A stretch of 62,000 bases of DNA from NCBI GenBank assembly GCA_013239625.1, contig MU054187.1:434001-496000 (forward strand). The letters run 5' to 3'. The DNA is from Lama guanicoe. Its lineage: Eukaryota. Positions 24,137 through 37,590 of the stretch are shown here, piece by piece; the first letter of the stretch is position 1, and each line of letters begins with the position of its first letter. A program made the position numbers and the translations under genes. The notes beneath the pieces are model-generated. The model ran no database searches, was not told the origin of the DNA, and saw only the letters and a program-made list of their open reading frames with translations.

Positions 24137-27100
24137 AACAAAATTTGTAATTTTAAATTGTCTTTTGAAAAGAATTTATCACACTTCAAATTTGAGTAAG
24201 TGCTTGGAATGTGATTTAATTTGATTTGCACATGGTTTATTGGTCTGGATTACTTAATACCAATTTGTTGATTTAAATACTTCCCACTAAGTATGTATTA
24301 TTACTGATAAATACATATGAAATTTATATTGTTTTGAAAATTTAGAGGACGCGCTGGAGAATATTCATGCATTTTCCTTAACAAATTTGGTGTGTCATGG
24401 CTTTGGGTAGTTCTGGAAGGTGCATCATGAAATTGTAGACTTTGGTCAAAACTATGTTAGCTCTTTTAATGAGCACATGACTATGTTCTTATGTACATTG
24501 TGAAGAATGTGAGTGCTAATGGTAAAGTCTTGTATCATGAGTAATAGGATTTGGGGTTATGTAAGGGGTTGCCCCCCAGGATCCAAAAGACACTGCTTTC
24601 ACTCTTCTTGTAAGTATCAGTGTGATTTTCCAATACCAACTTGATTGGCTTTTGGTTATTTTCACAAAAAGGGTCCAAATCCTAAGGTTTTTGGAAAGTG
24701 TGTATATTCTGTGTATAAAATAGAAACATTATGAAGAGCAGTGGCTTTGGGGTGTTACAGCCTTGGACAGGAGTGTTAGCGGTTAATTCCCACCCAGCAC
24801 TGTGTTCAGTAAAAGTCAGGAAATGCATGCAGGTAGATGATCTTTTATGCTAAGACTGATAGGCCTCGTTGGAGTCACTAAACAGCAGGTGGGGATCTTG
24901 CCATAGGTCACGCTGAAGATGCTGCTTATTTACAGAGGAGAGCGGGGCACTGACAGAGGTTCACCGTGCGCGTTTTCTGAAGAGAAAATTAATGGAGGTT
25001 TTTGATGACACAGAAAATAAGTGATAAGTCAAAACCATCATTTTGTGAAGTAAGGGAGTTTAAGGAACTCGTGGAGTGAGTACATGATTGAAAAAATGAC
25101 TGGATGTGAAGAGGTTGCCATGGTGTTCACATCTGTAGTGGGACATTCTCACCTAAAAAAATTCCCAAAGTTCTGCTCCATTTCATTTTTACTTGTAAAA
25201 CATCAACACGAGACTTTTCCTGCAAGTTCATTCATGAAATCAGTGATGAAAGCCAGACAGAGCTCAGTTTCCTGACCCTGTCCAGTGAGTAGCTGACCAA
25301 ATGCCACGTGAGGTCGGGCAGTGACCCCTTTGCTCCACGTGTAGACTCACCATGTCATTCTTTTGTCTTCTCCTTGTTCGGGGACAAGCAGCTACTTCCC
25401 TTTGTCTGAGATTCTGGTGGCCAAAAAATTGCACAGAATGAAGTTAATACTACACCTTCAGAGGAAGACTGGGAGCTGGCATCGAGAAGCCGGCGGTAGT
25501 GAGGGTCCTGGGTCAGCAAAGCAGCAAATCCTTGAGCTGACGGAGAGTGGCAGCTTCCCTCGCCCGGTGTGGTGGCCGCGCGGTGGGAGTGCTGCTCGGA
25601 GACGACGGGCAGTGTCTCTTCCTTCCTCTAACCCAGCGGGAAAACAGGCTTTAACAATAGGTAACTGTACAGAGTAATCTGGGAAGTGTGCAGTGTAATG
25701 GAAAGAGATATTGACAGGACACCCTCGTTAAAATGTAGTAAAACTAGTCGCAATACTTAATGCCGTGTTTCGGGGTCCAAGGACTCATCCTTCTGCGATC
25801 AGCAAGCATGGTAATTGCGGATGCTTTATTACACAGAGGTGCGGCTTTACAGCCTTGGTGGTTTGTCGGCCCTTGGTTTGAGGGGAAAAAGTAGGTCTTC
25901 CTCTCGGCTGACACCTGACAAAGAGGAACGTATTGCCTGCTGCTCTCCAGCCACGTTGTCCGAGTAAGCCCTGGTTGTCAGGCGTCCAGGCTGCAGCCAC
26001 TCTCATGAACTGTCTTTGTGCCACTGTGATTAAACCCGGATAAATGTAATGGCTGTGTGGTCAAATTTAAAAGTGGACGATAAGCTTAAAAATTAATTTT
26101 AATACTCAAGTGAAGATAATTGAGTTCACAAGAAAAGCAAACTCTAATTGCCTGGATATCCTGATCTTGAGTAACGTATAGACTTCTTTAAGGAGAAAAA
26201 TAATTCTTTTGGACTCAGTATTGTCTTGAATTATTTTTGTTGAAATATTGTTTAATTCATAGAACTCTGTTAATGCAAATGTATAAACTTCTTAGTCCTT
26301 ATAAAATTATAAAACAAGTTAACACAATTGCACAGTAATTAAACTAAAATAATTTAATATTGAGAATGTTTTATTGAATTAATCTCTGCTTGAAATGTAA
26401 ATATTGTCTCTTCTTAGCTTTTTTGTTGTTGTTGTTACTGACTGTACTGTGGTGTGCTGCTGGACCGAAAATTTTTCTTACCTTTTTTCTCTTGCCAGAC
26501 TGCTACAAGAAATCTTTGCTGTGTTCTCTGACCTTCATTTGGTGTGAGTGCAAGTCTGCGTTGAGCCCACCTCCGTTCTGTTAACCAGAGAACTAAGATT
26601 CCTGAGTGTTGTGCGTCCACTTTGAGACCACTTTGTCTTAAGCCCTTGATTCTGAAGGATTAGTGGCGTTCACTTGGCTGCGGTTGTAGCCCTGTACAGG
26701 AGCGAAATGGTCTATGATTGGTGATATTAATAACGTTTTCAATCTGGTGACACATTTAATCAGTGGTGTCTGAAGGCTGAGTGGGGTGGGTCCTCAGGTT
26801 TGGTGGTTAGAGGTGCTGGATGTGGTGACTGTCTACAAAGTGGCCCTCCTCTGCTTGCAGCTGCCCACCCACCCTGGTGACCCCTCACCTGTGACCTCTG
26901 CATTTCCCTTTCCGTCAGCCTGTGGCCCCCTCTGTTCTTACGACCAGCCTGTCCTGTTCCTGCCGTGCGGGGCCTTCCTTTCAGCCCTTCCCCACCACCC
27001 CGTCCCGGGTGTGGCCCCTTGTCCTCTCCCTCTGTTGTCAGCCCCAGCCACGAGTTCGGAGGGTACTCCTGAGAGGTGGCCGGGACCGTTTGCTGTGCAG

Positions 27101-28473
27101 AGACTCCCCCTGCTGTGCCCTCTGGCCACCACCTGTTTCCTCTGCTCCCTTTTCCACGCTCTGATCTGCAGGTCTGTCCCTCACCCTTGACACAGGGTCC
27201 TGGCTTTACTGGCCTCTGAGAGTTGACGTCCAGGCCACCCAGTGGGGTGGTGGTGACCATCACAGTAATAAAGCTGTTATGTTATTTATAAATGTATTCT
27301 GATAATTTAATTATATTCTTTGAATTTTTAAAAATATCTGCAAAGTACATTTTTTGAAACTAAAAATCAAAAATTGGATGTTTGTTTATTTGAGCTATTT
27401 AAGATTATTAGAAATACCATTTTTGGAAAACAATGTATTTGGCTACAAAGAAATGTTAGAATCATTTGTTTGGGTTAAGAATTATTGAAACTATGACTGC
27501 CAGAAACTAGGTAGCTTTTTATGTGACACAGACTACTGATTTCTGTTGAGCAGACAGATTGAGATGTGTTTTCCAGGATGTGTCTCCCTGTGTTAAGTCC
27601 TTGTGAACGGCTGCTGACTTAGGATCAAGCATACACAGTACTGTGGCGGCTGCAGGTTGGTGTAGGGTGTGATCAGCTCTTGGTTATCGTGGGGACGGCC
27701 ATGCCTGGGGACCTCCTCTGGCTCCCCTCCCTGACAGCCCCCAAGCCGGTACAGCGGGCTCTGAGCCAGACAGGATGGAGGAGGGGTCCACGAGGGGCAG
27801 TGAGGGGGCTGGTGCCAGTTCCGGGGCTCTGCCTGGTCGCTTTGGGCCACTTCGCCCTATACCCACCCCTCCCTCCCTTCTGAAGTGGCCCTGTAGAGTG
27901 TGGTTTCATGAACTGTTGTGAATGGTTTTAATCACAGTCTGATGCAGAATGATGAGTAAACAGCAGCGTTTACAAGTATAAACCCAAGAACATTCCGTCT
28001 TAAATTACATTAAGACACGCATCTGCATCAGGCCCACACTCCGGGGTGAAGGGTGGGCTGACTCTGCAAGAGGTTACGTGAGGTTGTGTGGGCCACGTTA
28101 GCGCTGGTGCACCCCAGACCAAGTTAACTTTTGCGGGTGGGTGAAGCCAGACAGGTGGGCTTCTGGGGGCCCGCGAGTCCTGTGTGCCTGGCACACCGCC
28201 CTTACCCGCCCCACCTGGGGCAGAGGCCCTGCTGGAGGCTCCAGCGACAGGTCTTCAGGGTGAAGTCCCTTGGAAAGGGGTAACTTGTACTGCAAAAGAA
28301 AGCTACGAAGCTTGTGTTTATTTCAACGACATCGCAGTGTAAAATCTCACACGTGCAGCCTGTGTGGGGTTAATGTGTGCTGAGGAACGTGCTAAGCTGG
28401 GGAAGGAGATGACATGTGAAGTTTGGCCCCACCCCCACCCCCACCGATCTTTCTCTCCTGAATGTAGTCACAG

Positions 28474-28525
28474 TGAAGTCACCTGAGTTCTGACCCCCAT
28501 GAAGTCACCTGGGTTCTGACCCCCC
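28474..28525. repeat. Two-copy 26-bp tandem duplication
   Basis: tgaagtcacctgagttctgaccccca / tgaagtcacctgggttctgacccccc, followed by a C-run. Confidence 0.9.
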
Positions 28526-31509
28526 CCCCCCGCCCCCAGAGTACATCTGCAGTAGGAGTTTCCAGTCTTGGTAAATGTCTGTGTGGTGCTTACAGGAGAA
28601 TCTTCCTCACCCTTGCCTTCTGGACAGATGGGGACCTCAGTAAATGTTCATCCAATTGGTTTTTGTCTGTCAGAGTTAAAATGTGGGTTAACAATATTTG
28701 CTGATAATTCCCCTGCTGAGTTCTCAACGACTGGTTCTGAATACTGATCTCACCACTGACAGTTGTGAGATTTTGGTCACTTGGCTTCATTTGGTTAGTT
28801 GTCATTCACTCATAAACTTTAGTAGAAGTGTATGAGGTCCCTGCAGGCCACCAGGAGTGCGTTCTCACAGTCCCCCGCCGGGGCTTAGACGAAGGCAGGT
28901 GGCGGCGCTCCGGGAGCACCTGCCCTCCTGGGACCAAGTTTCTGAGGCTCTTGAACAGCTACAAGTGTGTGGCGTGTCTGTTACACGGAAGGTCAGCCGC
29001 ACTTAAGTACTGCTTTGCTCCTCCTCCTGGTGTTTGGTGACCTGTAATTATTGAAGAATTTCACTGTCATTAACAAAAAAATCTGTAAGGCTCGGCCAGC
29101 CCGCGTATTCTCTGGAGCAGTCTCCTCTCCCACGGGAAGAGGAGGCTGGAGTCGGCTCTCCAGCTCTGTGATTTCTGGCTGTTCACCGTGTCCTGAGTGG
29201 CACTGAGTGCTTCGTGGCGCTGCTGGTCCCGTGGGGCACGGAAGGGCCGTGTCCCTGGTGTGCGTGGACGCTGTGTCCTTAGGGCTCAGTGCAGGGGGCA
29301 GACCCGGTGCGGCTCAAGCCCAGATGTGAAGCCAGTAGGTGTGGGGCGGGCCCTGGGACTCTGTCTAGCCAGCCCTCATGCTGCTCCTGGTTGTGGCCAC
29401 ACTTGGAGTGAAGGAGCAGTGTTTGGGGGTGGTGATGGGAGTGTACCTGTTGTGAAGCACGCTGTTGAGTGGGGGGCTCAGAGCGTGTTTCTGGTGCGTG
29501 GGCTCATCGGCGTCCTGCCCTGTGCAGAGGGGCCCGTGCGAGCCCACACCCTCTTCCCACATTCTCCCTTCTGCCCCCTCTTCCTGCCCTATTTTTGAGA
29601 TCCACCGTCAGCGTGTGTATGTGCATGTTTGCGCATGTGTGTGTGGAGGGGTCACTCCACCCCAGCTCCCACCGCTAACGTTGCCATGTCAGGAAGGTTC
29701 CTTCCCTCCCCGATGTCCCCGCGTAAGCTCTGCCCTCCGCTCGGCGGTGCAGACGGCAGGGCGCCCACGTGGTGTGTTTGCAGAACCCCGCTGATTGGAC
29801 AGGCCTTGTGAGCACGCCTCACAGGCTCCAGACCTTCACCCGTCAGCCATGGTTCTCTCTCCTCCTCGCCGCTGTCCCAAACTCGTGCAGAACAAGCGAG
29901 GTTTCTTTCAGGTAGGTTTTATGCCCCAGACAGTCCTCTGGTCTGTTAAAGCCAAGTTCAGATCTCACCTCCTCGGTTAATTCACTCTCACACTAACGTC
30001 TTCCTCCCCGGTGTCTTCCTGGAGGGACAGCCACGAGACCTGAGCGTGGGCTGCCCCGTCACGCCCGCCGCCCAGGGTTGGGGTGACCGCCACGCCAGGG
30101 CCCAGGGTGAGAAGCCACCTGTGGGGCGCACGGTGGGGAGGGCTGAGCCTGTCCCTGCTGCAGCCAGCGAGGGGTTGGGGTTTTCTTCACCTCAGTGTAT
30201 TTCTTTTTTAAAAAAAATTCTTGGGGGGGATTAAATGTTTTTAAATGACCAAGGCAAGTCAATATGTACTAGTACGAATAGATACATGGCAGATACTTGT
30301 ACTTTACTGTGTAGTTAAGTGTGACTGTGAGGCTGTCTGCAGTGTTGGCTACTGAACGGTTTGTTTTCATTCCCTTTTCTCTAGTTTGAACTTCACGTAT
30401 GTTTGGGGTTGAGTAGAAAGCCTCTTAAGGCATCTCAAGCACCACAGACGTTTCTTTCTGAAGTTACATTGTTATTTTATCTGAGACCTTTGTTTGTTTG
30501 GGTGAATAAGACTGTTCTATAATTTTGAGACCTTTTTTTTTGGAAAAAAATTCCTTATGTAATAATGATGGCTCTAAATAAGAGCTTGTCCCTGAACTTC
30601 AGGATGTGTTACTGGACAAGGGAGCAGTGGGCTGCTTGCCCAGAACCAGCTGTGTCAGGGTGAATCCTGCAGGAGTCGAAGATGGGCCACTTGTGAGTTG
30701 TGTAAAGAATGTGTTCATCCTGAGAATTACGCCTGTTGTTACCAAACATGCTTGTTTTCTGAACTGCCTCTAAGAGAAGAGTAAAGGTACAAATAAAAAC
30801 CCCATGATGACTTCAGAACTTTGGCGTCAGCTCTGTTTCTAAATATTTATGTTTGGCCTGGATTGAAATAGTAATGAGTCATGAATAACCTGAAACAGGT
30901 TTTGGAAAGTGATGTGGTGGACGACGGCCGTCTGCCTCTTTCCTTTAGTCTGAGGAGTGGGGCCTGTTCTACCCTCTGGGGGTAGACGTGGGACATCCGA
31001 GGGAGAGGAGGTTCCGTGGGCCGTGGTCCCCACCGAGGGCGAGGAGGAGGCCCGACATGAGCCGTGGACAGAGACAGTGAGGGTGGCCTGGCCGGCCCCC
31101 TCTGCGCTTTCCCCGGTCATGGGAGGGTCCCTGGGCCTGTACTGTCCAGAACAGTGCACTATGAGCTGGGCCAGGTGTTGGTGTTCGTTCAGGCACTCGC
31201 TTATGTGGGTGCTGACACGTGGCTCGCGGGCCCACCGCAAGTACAGACTTGACTCTCAGAGGAGCCCGGGGGAAGTTGGACCAATGTGGGACTCGCAGGG
31301 GAGGCCAGTCCACCTTTGAACTAACTTGGTATGAAACGCTGCCTGCCGGGGCTCAGTGGGACCCTCTCCCGTGCCCCGGGTGGTGCTCCCGGGGTGGAGG
31401 CCCTTTGCACAAAGCTGTGGGGCTGCTGTGTGCCACCCCAGCCTGGGAGCGCAGGACTGGCGGCCAGGGGGGCCAGGGGCAGAGGTTCCACTGGACCGGC
31501 CAGCCTTGT

Positions 31510-31865
31510 TCAAGTCGAGACGTAAATTACACACCCTAAAACTCACCTTTTAAACTGAGCTTGGAGGAGTGTGCAAACATCAGCACTGTCTAATTCCAGA
31601 ACATTCCAGAATGATGGGTGCTTGGGCTGGTTCCATGTTTGGCTGTGGTAAGCAATGCTGTTACAAACATTTGCAGGCGAGTTTTACAAGCACGCGTGTC
31701 ACCCAGGAGCGGAACTGCTGAGTCTTCAGGTAACCATGTTGATCCTTGAGGAGCTGCCTCCTGTTTTCCAGAGTGGCTGCACCATTTTATATCCCTACCA
31801 GCAGTGTTCTCCACTGTTGTTTTGTCTTTGATTCTAGCCACCTCTGTGGGTGCCCGAGTGGCTGT
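31510..31865 (-). mobile_element. L1M 3' fragment
   Basis: aatgctgttacaaacatt...ggagcggaactgctgagtc...ttttccagagtggctgcaccattttatatccctaccagcagtg. Confidence 0.7.
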
Positions 31866-32399
31866 GACGGGCACCCTGCCTGCCAGGGCCAGGGGTGCAG
31901 CAAGAGCTGGCTTTCAGAGACGAAACTGCCGTCAGAGGCGAGGCCTTGCTCGCAGTACAGGATTCTCCCGGATGGGCGTGCCGTAGGGTCAGTGTCCTCT
32001 CTGATGCCACAGGGGTTGTGAGGCCCAGCTGGCTGGGCCGCCCCAGGGGCTCGAGTGGGGAAGCCCTTCCGAGAGGCTGCAGACCAAGGTGAGGGGACCA
32101 GGTGCTTGGGTCCCTGCTCCAGCGGCCGCAGCTTGTGGGCTGCACTCGGCGGAGACCTGACGCCAGGAGAGCTGGGCACAGCAGTGGCTGGCGGCCTGTC
32201 CCAAGTAGGTCTCGTCTGAGCTGTCGGCGGCCCTGGACGCCCTTTGTCTCTCAAGTTTCGATCGCTTTTTCATTGCCGCTGTCTTTAACATTTACACTAC
32301 GCCGCAGTCACAGCTGGCACGCTTGTTCTCATCTGTGCTCTGTACTTGCCGCTCTCTGTGCGGCAGTTTGTCCTCTGTGTTGGGTTGGCTGCCATTCAC

Positions 32400-33100
32400 C
32401 CTTGGTGGTTTTTAAAGATAAACTCGCGGGCAGTAAGGGACTGAGGCATTTCCGTCTTTCGCCTTAGTTCTTAAAAGACAGTTTGGCTGCACGTTAAGTT
32501 CTGGGCGCTTCGTTTTTCCTGGTGCAGCCCCTTAGACGCGCGGACCATTGGTGGTGGGGCCGGGGGCTGCCGCATCTGTTACCTGTGGCCCCCACTTGAA
32601 GGGATGCAGACCTTTTATCTCGATGGCCCAGGTGCTTTGGAATATGCCTTGGTGTAGAATGCTTTGTGTCAGTTTTCCCTGGGACTGCGGGGGTCCTCTT
32701 CAATCTGTAGATTTGTTTCTTTTATTTTTGGAAAGCTTTTTTGAATTATACCTTTAAATATTTAGTTTGTCCTTTGTTTTTGTTTTCCTTTTATGTGTAA
32801 CTGGGGCTCCCCCTGCCGTTTTTCCATAGCAGTTCCTTCCTTCCTGATCCTCTTAACATCTTTCATTTCTCCCTTTTCTTGGTTCTCTGATTCTGCTCCT
32901 CTGTGTGTCTCGCTGGGTCTTGACAATGCATAATATCATTTGTGTTGCTGTCAACTTTGCTTTCATTTTTGTGATTTTTTTCCCTTCCAGTTCTTTTCTG
33001 AGGTCTGCCAGCTCATTAAAAAAAAAAAGTCTCTTTCTCGTCAAATAGTTCCTGTATAACTTGTATTTCTGCTTTGTAGTGGTTTGAATTTTCTGAATAA
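32400..33100 (-). mobile_element. Old L1 ORF1-region remnant
   Basis: cttagttcttaaaagacagtttggctgcacgttaagttctggg..., T-rich antisense L1 ORF1 pattern. Boundaries approximate. Confidence 0.5.
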
Positions 33101-33448
33101 TATATTGGCAGTTGCTTCAAAAACATGAAAAACTTTAAGATGAAATACTTGTTCATAATTCTCATTTGTTCTGATACAGGATGCATGCTGTAAGTGAAGG
33201 TAAACACTACAAGTAGACAGCATATAATTTCTTGTCTAATGGAGAGGAGAAATGGGATAATAAAAAAAAAACCCAAAAGAAGGCAAGAAAGGAGGGGGGA
33301 GAAATATGGAATAGATAACAGAAGGAGCTTAGTAAGATGGTAGACCAGTTATAAAATTATAAGAGAATATTATGAATATGATAATTTAGGTGAAATTAAC
33401 ATAGTTCCAAAAATTGTCGATAAAATTGTAGCAAATAGACTCCACCAG

Positions 33449-33589
33449 GGGGAGGTATAGCTCAGGGGCAGAGTGCCTGCCTAGCATTCACAGGGTCCTG
33501 GGTTCAGTCCCCAGCACCTCCATTACAATGAATAAATAAAAACCTAATTCCTAATTACCTGCCCCCTAAAAAATAATTTAAATTAAAAA
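33449..33589 (+). mobile_element. Vic-1-type SINE inserted in L1
   Basis: gggaggtatagctcaggggcagag...gggttcagtcccc...aacctaattacct..A-tail; 16-bp TSD aaataga[c/a]tccaccag at 33433-33448 and 33590-33605. Confidence 0.9.
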
Positions 33590-34266
33590 AAATAGAATCC
33601 ACCAGCGTATAAAAAGGATAGCACAGCATGACCATCCTTGGATTGCAAGTTGGTTTACTGTCTAGAAAGATGATGTATTTCACAACGTAACAGACTAAAA
33701 TAGAAACAGTTATTTCAATATGTGTAGAAAAAGCATTTCAAAAATTTGACACCTATTCCTTATATAAAACTCAGCAATCTAGGAACTTTCTCTACCCAAG
33801 GAAGCCAGCATACTTAATGGTAGACGTCTGAATGTTTTCCCCCAAGGCAGGGAGGAAGTCAGAGATGACACTCTCACCACTTGTGTTCAATGCTGTGTTG
33901 GAGGTTCCGGCCAGCACACCAAGGCAAAACAAAAACAAACACCAACCAAAAACAAAGTCAACAAAAATACAAAGTCATCCATATTGGAAAGAAGGAAGTA
34001 GACCTACCTTTGCTTGCAGAAGACGTCATTGTATAGAAAATCTGATGACATTAATAAAAAATGTGGGAATGGATACATGTGCTGTGCAATGTTTCAGGGT
34101 ACAAGATCAATAACAAAAGGTTGTGTTTCTCTGTTTTATGTGTATATTATATATCCAACTGCTGCTAGAAATCATAAATTGACATTGTTTATAATAAATC
34201 TTACAATATTGAGGGTACAATGGGAACTACTAAGTATTATGGAGAAGTCTAGATATAAACAGATGC

Positions 34267-34705
34267 TGTGTTAGTGAGGCTCCTGCAGAGAAACAGACGC
34301 AGATTGTACACACACAAACGTTTATCACAAGGAATTGCCTCATGTAATCTCTGCGGCCAGAGCCCGCGGTCTGCAGGACAGGTCAGCAAGCAGGAGGCCC
34401 CCAGGGGCCCGTGATGCTGCTTTAATCCGGAGGCCGGCAGGCTTGAGATCCAGGATCAGGTGAGCCTTCAGTTTGAGTCTGAAGGCAGGAAAACACCTGT
34501 TTCCCAGCTCGATGGCTCACACAGGAGGAATCCTATCTTGGACAAGAGTCAGCCTTGTTTTATTCAGCTGATTGGATGAGATGCACCCACATTAGGGAGC
34601 AGTCTGCTTTACTTAAGTCAGATGTTAACCTCACCCAGAGACTCCTTTACAGACACACCCAGGATAGTGTCTGACCAAGTGTCTGGGCAGCTCATGGCTC
34701 CATCA
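34267..34705 (-). mobile_element. MLT2-like (ERVL) solo LTR inserted in L1
   Basis: tgtgttagtgagg..cagagaaacaga...cagctgattggatgagatgcacccacattaggga...acagacacacccaggatagtgtctgaccaagtgtctgggca. Confidence 0.8.
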
Positions 34706-35385
34706 TATGTACCATGGTCATGAATCAAAGACTCACGGCTGTCAGCATACTGGTTTTCTGCAAATTGATTTGCAGATTGTTGATTTGTGGATTCTACACA
34801 GTCCCAGTTGAGATCCCAGTAGGCTTTTTGCATAGAATTTGAGAAGCTAATTTGAAAATTCATGTAGAAATGCAATGGACTTGGAATATTTAAAACAACC
34901 TTGAGAAAGAACAAAACTGGAGAACTTAACGATGCCTGACTTCATTGGAATCAATAGACAGATCAGATCAGTGGAGGAGAATGGAGAGTCCAAGATAGAC
35001 TCAAATATTGATTTTTGACAAGTGCAAAAGCAATTCACTGGAGGCAGAATAATCTTTTCAACAAATGGTCTGGGACAATTGGATATCGTTATGCAAAACT
35101 GCAGCCCATACCTCACACCATATAAAAATGTTAATTCAAAATGGATTATAAACTGAAATGTAAAACCTATTAAACTTTTGGAAGAAAAAAAGATAAAATA
35201 TTAAATTTTTGAAGGGGTTAGACAAGGTTTCTTGGATAACAAACCAAAAGCAGTGTTCATAGAACAAAAACTCATAAACTGAACTTCACTGAAATAAACA
35301 ACTTCGGTTCTATAGAAGATTCTGTTAGAGAATAAAAAGACCAGCCGCAGACTGGAAGAAGATATCTGCAAATCACATACCTAAT

Positions 35386-35812
35386 TATGGTCCTGCAAGG
35401 ACGTCTCTCTCTTTGTCCCTAGACTTGTAAGTGTCTCAGGTCACATGGTAAGGGGGAGTCAGGTTGCAGGTGGGATGAAGGTTGCTGATCAGATGACCTT
35501 GACATAAGGCTATCCAGGTGGCCCAGTGTGATCACAGGGGGACTTAAACGGGGACAAGGGAGGCAGAGTGCTGTGATGTGAGGAAGGGCTGTGACTGGAG
35601 GAGTGTGGTCACCACCGGAAGCTGGAAAAAGTATGAAGATAGATTCTCCCCTAGAGCCTGCAGAAAGCCGTAATTAAGCCCTTCCCAAATTTTAGCCAAA
35701 CAATGAGACATTTCAGGCTTCTAGCCTACAGAAATGTAAGATAATAAATATGTGTGTTTTAAGCCCCGAGGTTTGTGGTGGTTTGTTTTGACAGCAGTGG
35801 GAAACTAAGATA
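35386..35812 (+). mobile_element. MLT1(D-like) MaLR LTR inserted in L1
   Basis: aggttgcaggtgggatgaaggttgctgatcagatgaccttga...gattctcccctagagcctgcaga...tgtaagataataaat...acagcagtgggaaactaagata. Confidence 0.8.
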
Positions 35813-36217
35813 CTGAAAGAAATCTTTAGTCCCCAAAATATATAGAACTCTCAAAAGTTACCAATAAGAAAACAAACAACCTAGTAAAAAATAGGCAAAA
35901 ATGGAAGATACTTCAGTATCAAATAAATACAGATGGCAAAAAAGCCCACAAGAAGATGGTCAATATCATTAGCCATCACAGAAAGGCAAATAAAAGCCAA
36001 AGTTAGATACCTCTACACATCTATTACAACGTCTGAATTATGAAGGATTGACTATACCAAATGTTGGGGCAGACGTAGATAAACTGGAGTTCTCATATGT
36101 TGCTGGTGGGTCTGTAAAATGGTACGACTGCTTCTGAAACTAGCTTGGCAGTTTCTTTAAAGGTTAAGTGCATGTCTGCTGTATGATCTAGCTCTTCCAC
36201 CTCTGGGCATGTGCTTG

Positions 36218-36430
36218 TTTTTTTACTGCAGTGTAGTTGATTTACCATGTTGGTTTCTAGCGTATAGCATAGTGATTCAGTTATACACACACGCATATGT
36301 ATGTAATCTTTTGCATGTTCTTTTTCATTACAGGTTACTATAGCCCACTGAATATAGTTCCCTGTGCTATACAGTATGACCTTGCTGTTTATCTGATCTG
36401 TACATAGAAGTCTGTACCTGCAAATCCCAA
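36218..36430 (-). mobile_element. Younger L1 3' end inserted antisense into the older L1
   Basis: tttttttactgcagtgtagttgatttaccatgttg...agtgattcagttatacac...gaatatagttccctgtgctatacagta. Confidence 0.8.
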
Positions 36431-36849
36431 GCTATATTTGTAATAGTCAAAGCCTGGAAAAACCTAAATGTCTATCATCAAGTGAATGGATAAGCAAACC
36501 TTGTGGGATATTCATACAATGAAATACTATTCAGCAACAGAAAGGAATTTAAAAGTCATTATGCCAAGTGGAAGAAGGCAGGAAGAGTACATTCTATATG
36601 ATTTTATCTTACGAGGTTCTAGAAGATGCACACTCATCAGCTGTGCTGGCAGTTCAGTAGCTGCCTCGTTCTGGGAGGCTGGGACTGTGAGATCACAAGT
36701 GAGCCCGAAGAGACTGGGAGACGACGGATACGCTGTCTTGACTGTCAGGGTGGCTTTTTGTTTATGTGTACATATATGTGAAATGCATCAAATGGTATAG
36801 TTCAAGTGTATGCTGTTTTATTTTACCTCAGTAAAGCTGTTAGAGAAAT

Positions 36850-37590
36850 AAGGATGCAGAAAAGCTGAAGATAGAAGGTGGAGGAAAATGTGCAATTCAA
36901 ACACTGTCCGAAGACAAAATCAGTTTTAGAAACAGAAACTGACCGAAGACACAGCAGCCTGATCACTAGGAGCGTCGGCGTTCTACGTGTGTGCACACCT
37001 AGACCCAGCTTTGAGACAGGTACAGAAAACATGTGTAGAAAACTGTAGACCTTTATGGGAAAGTAGACACATTCACACTGACAGATTTCTCCCTGTTACT
37101 GATAACACAGGCCACTAAGTTGATGGAAGATTTGAACATGATTAGCCAACTTGACCTAAAGAGCAAATGTAGATATAAAGCTGCACCCACCAACTGCAGA
37201 ACAAGCACTCCTCGGAAGCCACCACACCCTTTCCACTGAGCGCGCTCTCTGAGCACCGTGGAAATCAACAAAAGGGTAACCAGAAAATGATCAGATTAGA
37301 CATTGTTTAAAACGTGTGTCAGTAGCCTACGGTCAATGAAGAAATCACAATGGAAGTCGGAAATATTTTGAATTGAGCAACGACAAAAGTGCCACCTACT
37401 AAAATCTGCAGAATGAAGCAAAAACATTGCTTAGAGGAAAATATGTAGACTCAAAACACATATAAAGTTATGAAAGGCTGGAAGTGGGTCATCTGAGCAT
37501 TCATCTCAAGAAGTCAGAGAGAGAAGACAAAATTAAACTCAAAAGAAAATAGGAGGAAATAAAGATAAAAATAAAATCAATAAATTAGAC
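36850..37590 (+). mobile_element. L1 ORF2 endonuclease-region remnant
   Basis: gaagatttgaacatgattagccaacttgaccta...gaagaaatcacaatggaagtcggaaatattttgaattg...gcttagaggaaaatatgtag. Confidence 0.7.

Larger units (their letters stand above)
33340..36845 (+). mobile_element. Fragmented L1 (ORF2 RT to 3' UTR, L1MB/MC-like) hosting four later insertions
   Basis: ORF 33832 (FSPKAGRKSEMTLSPLVFNAVLEVPA) is a degenerate RT segment resembling G..QGCPLSPLLFNIVLEVLA; aatcttttcaacaaatggtctgggacaattggatatc; 3' end ttttacctcagtaaagctgtt. Confidence 0.85.
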
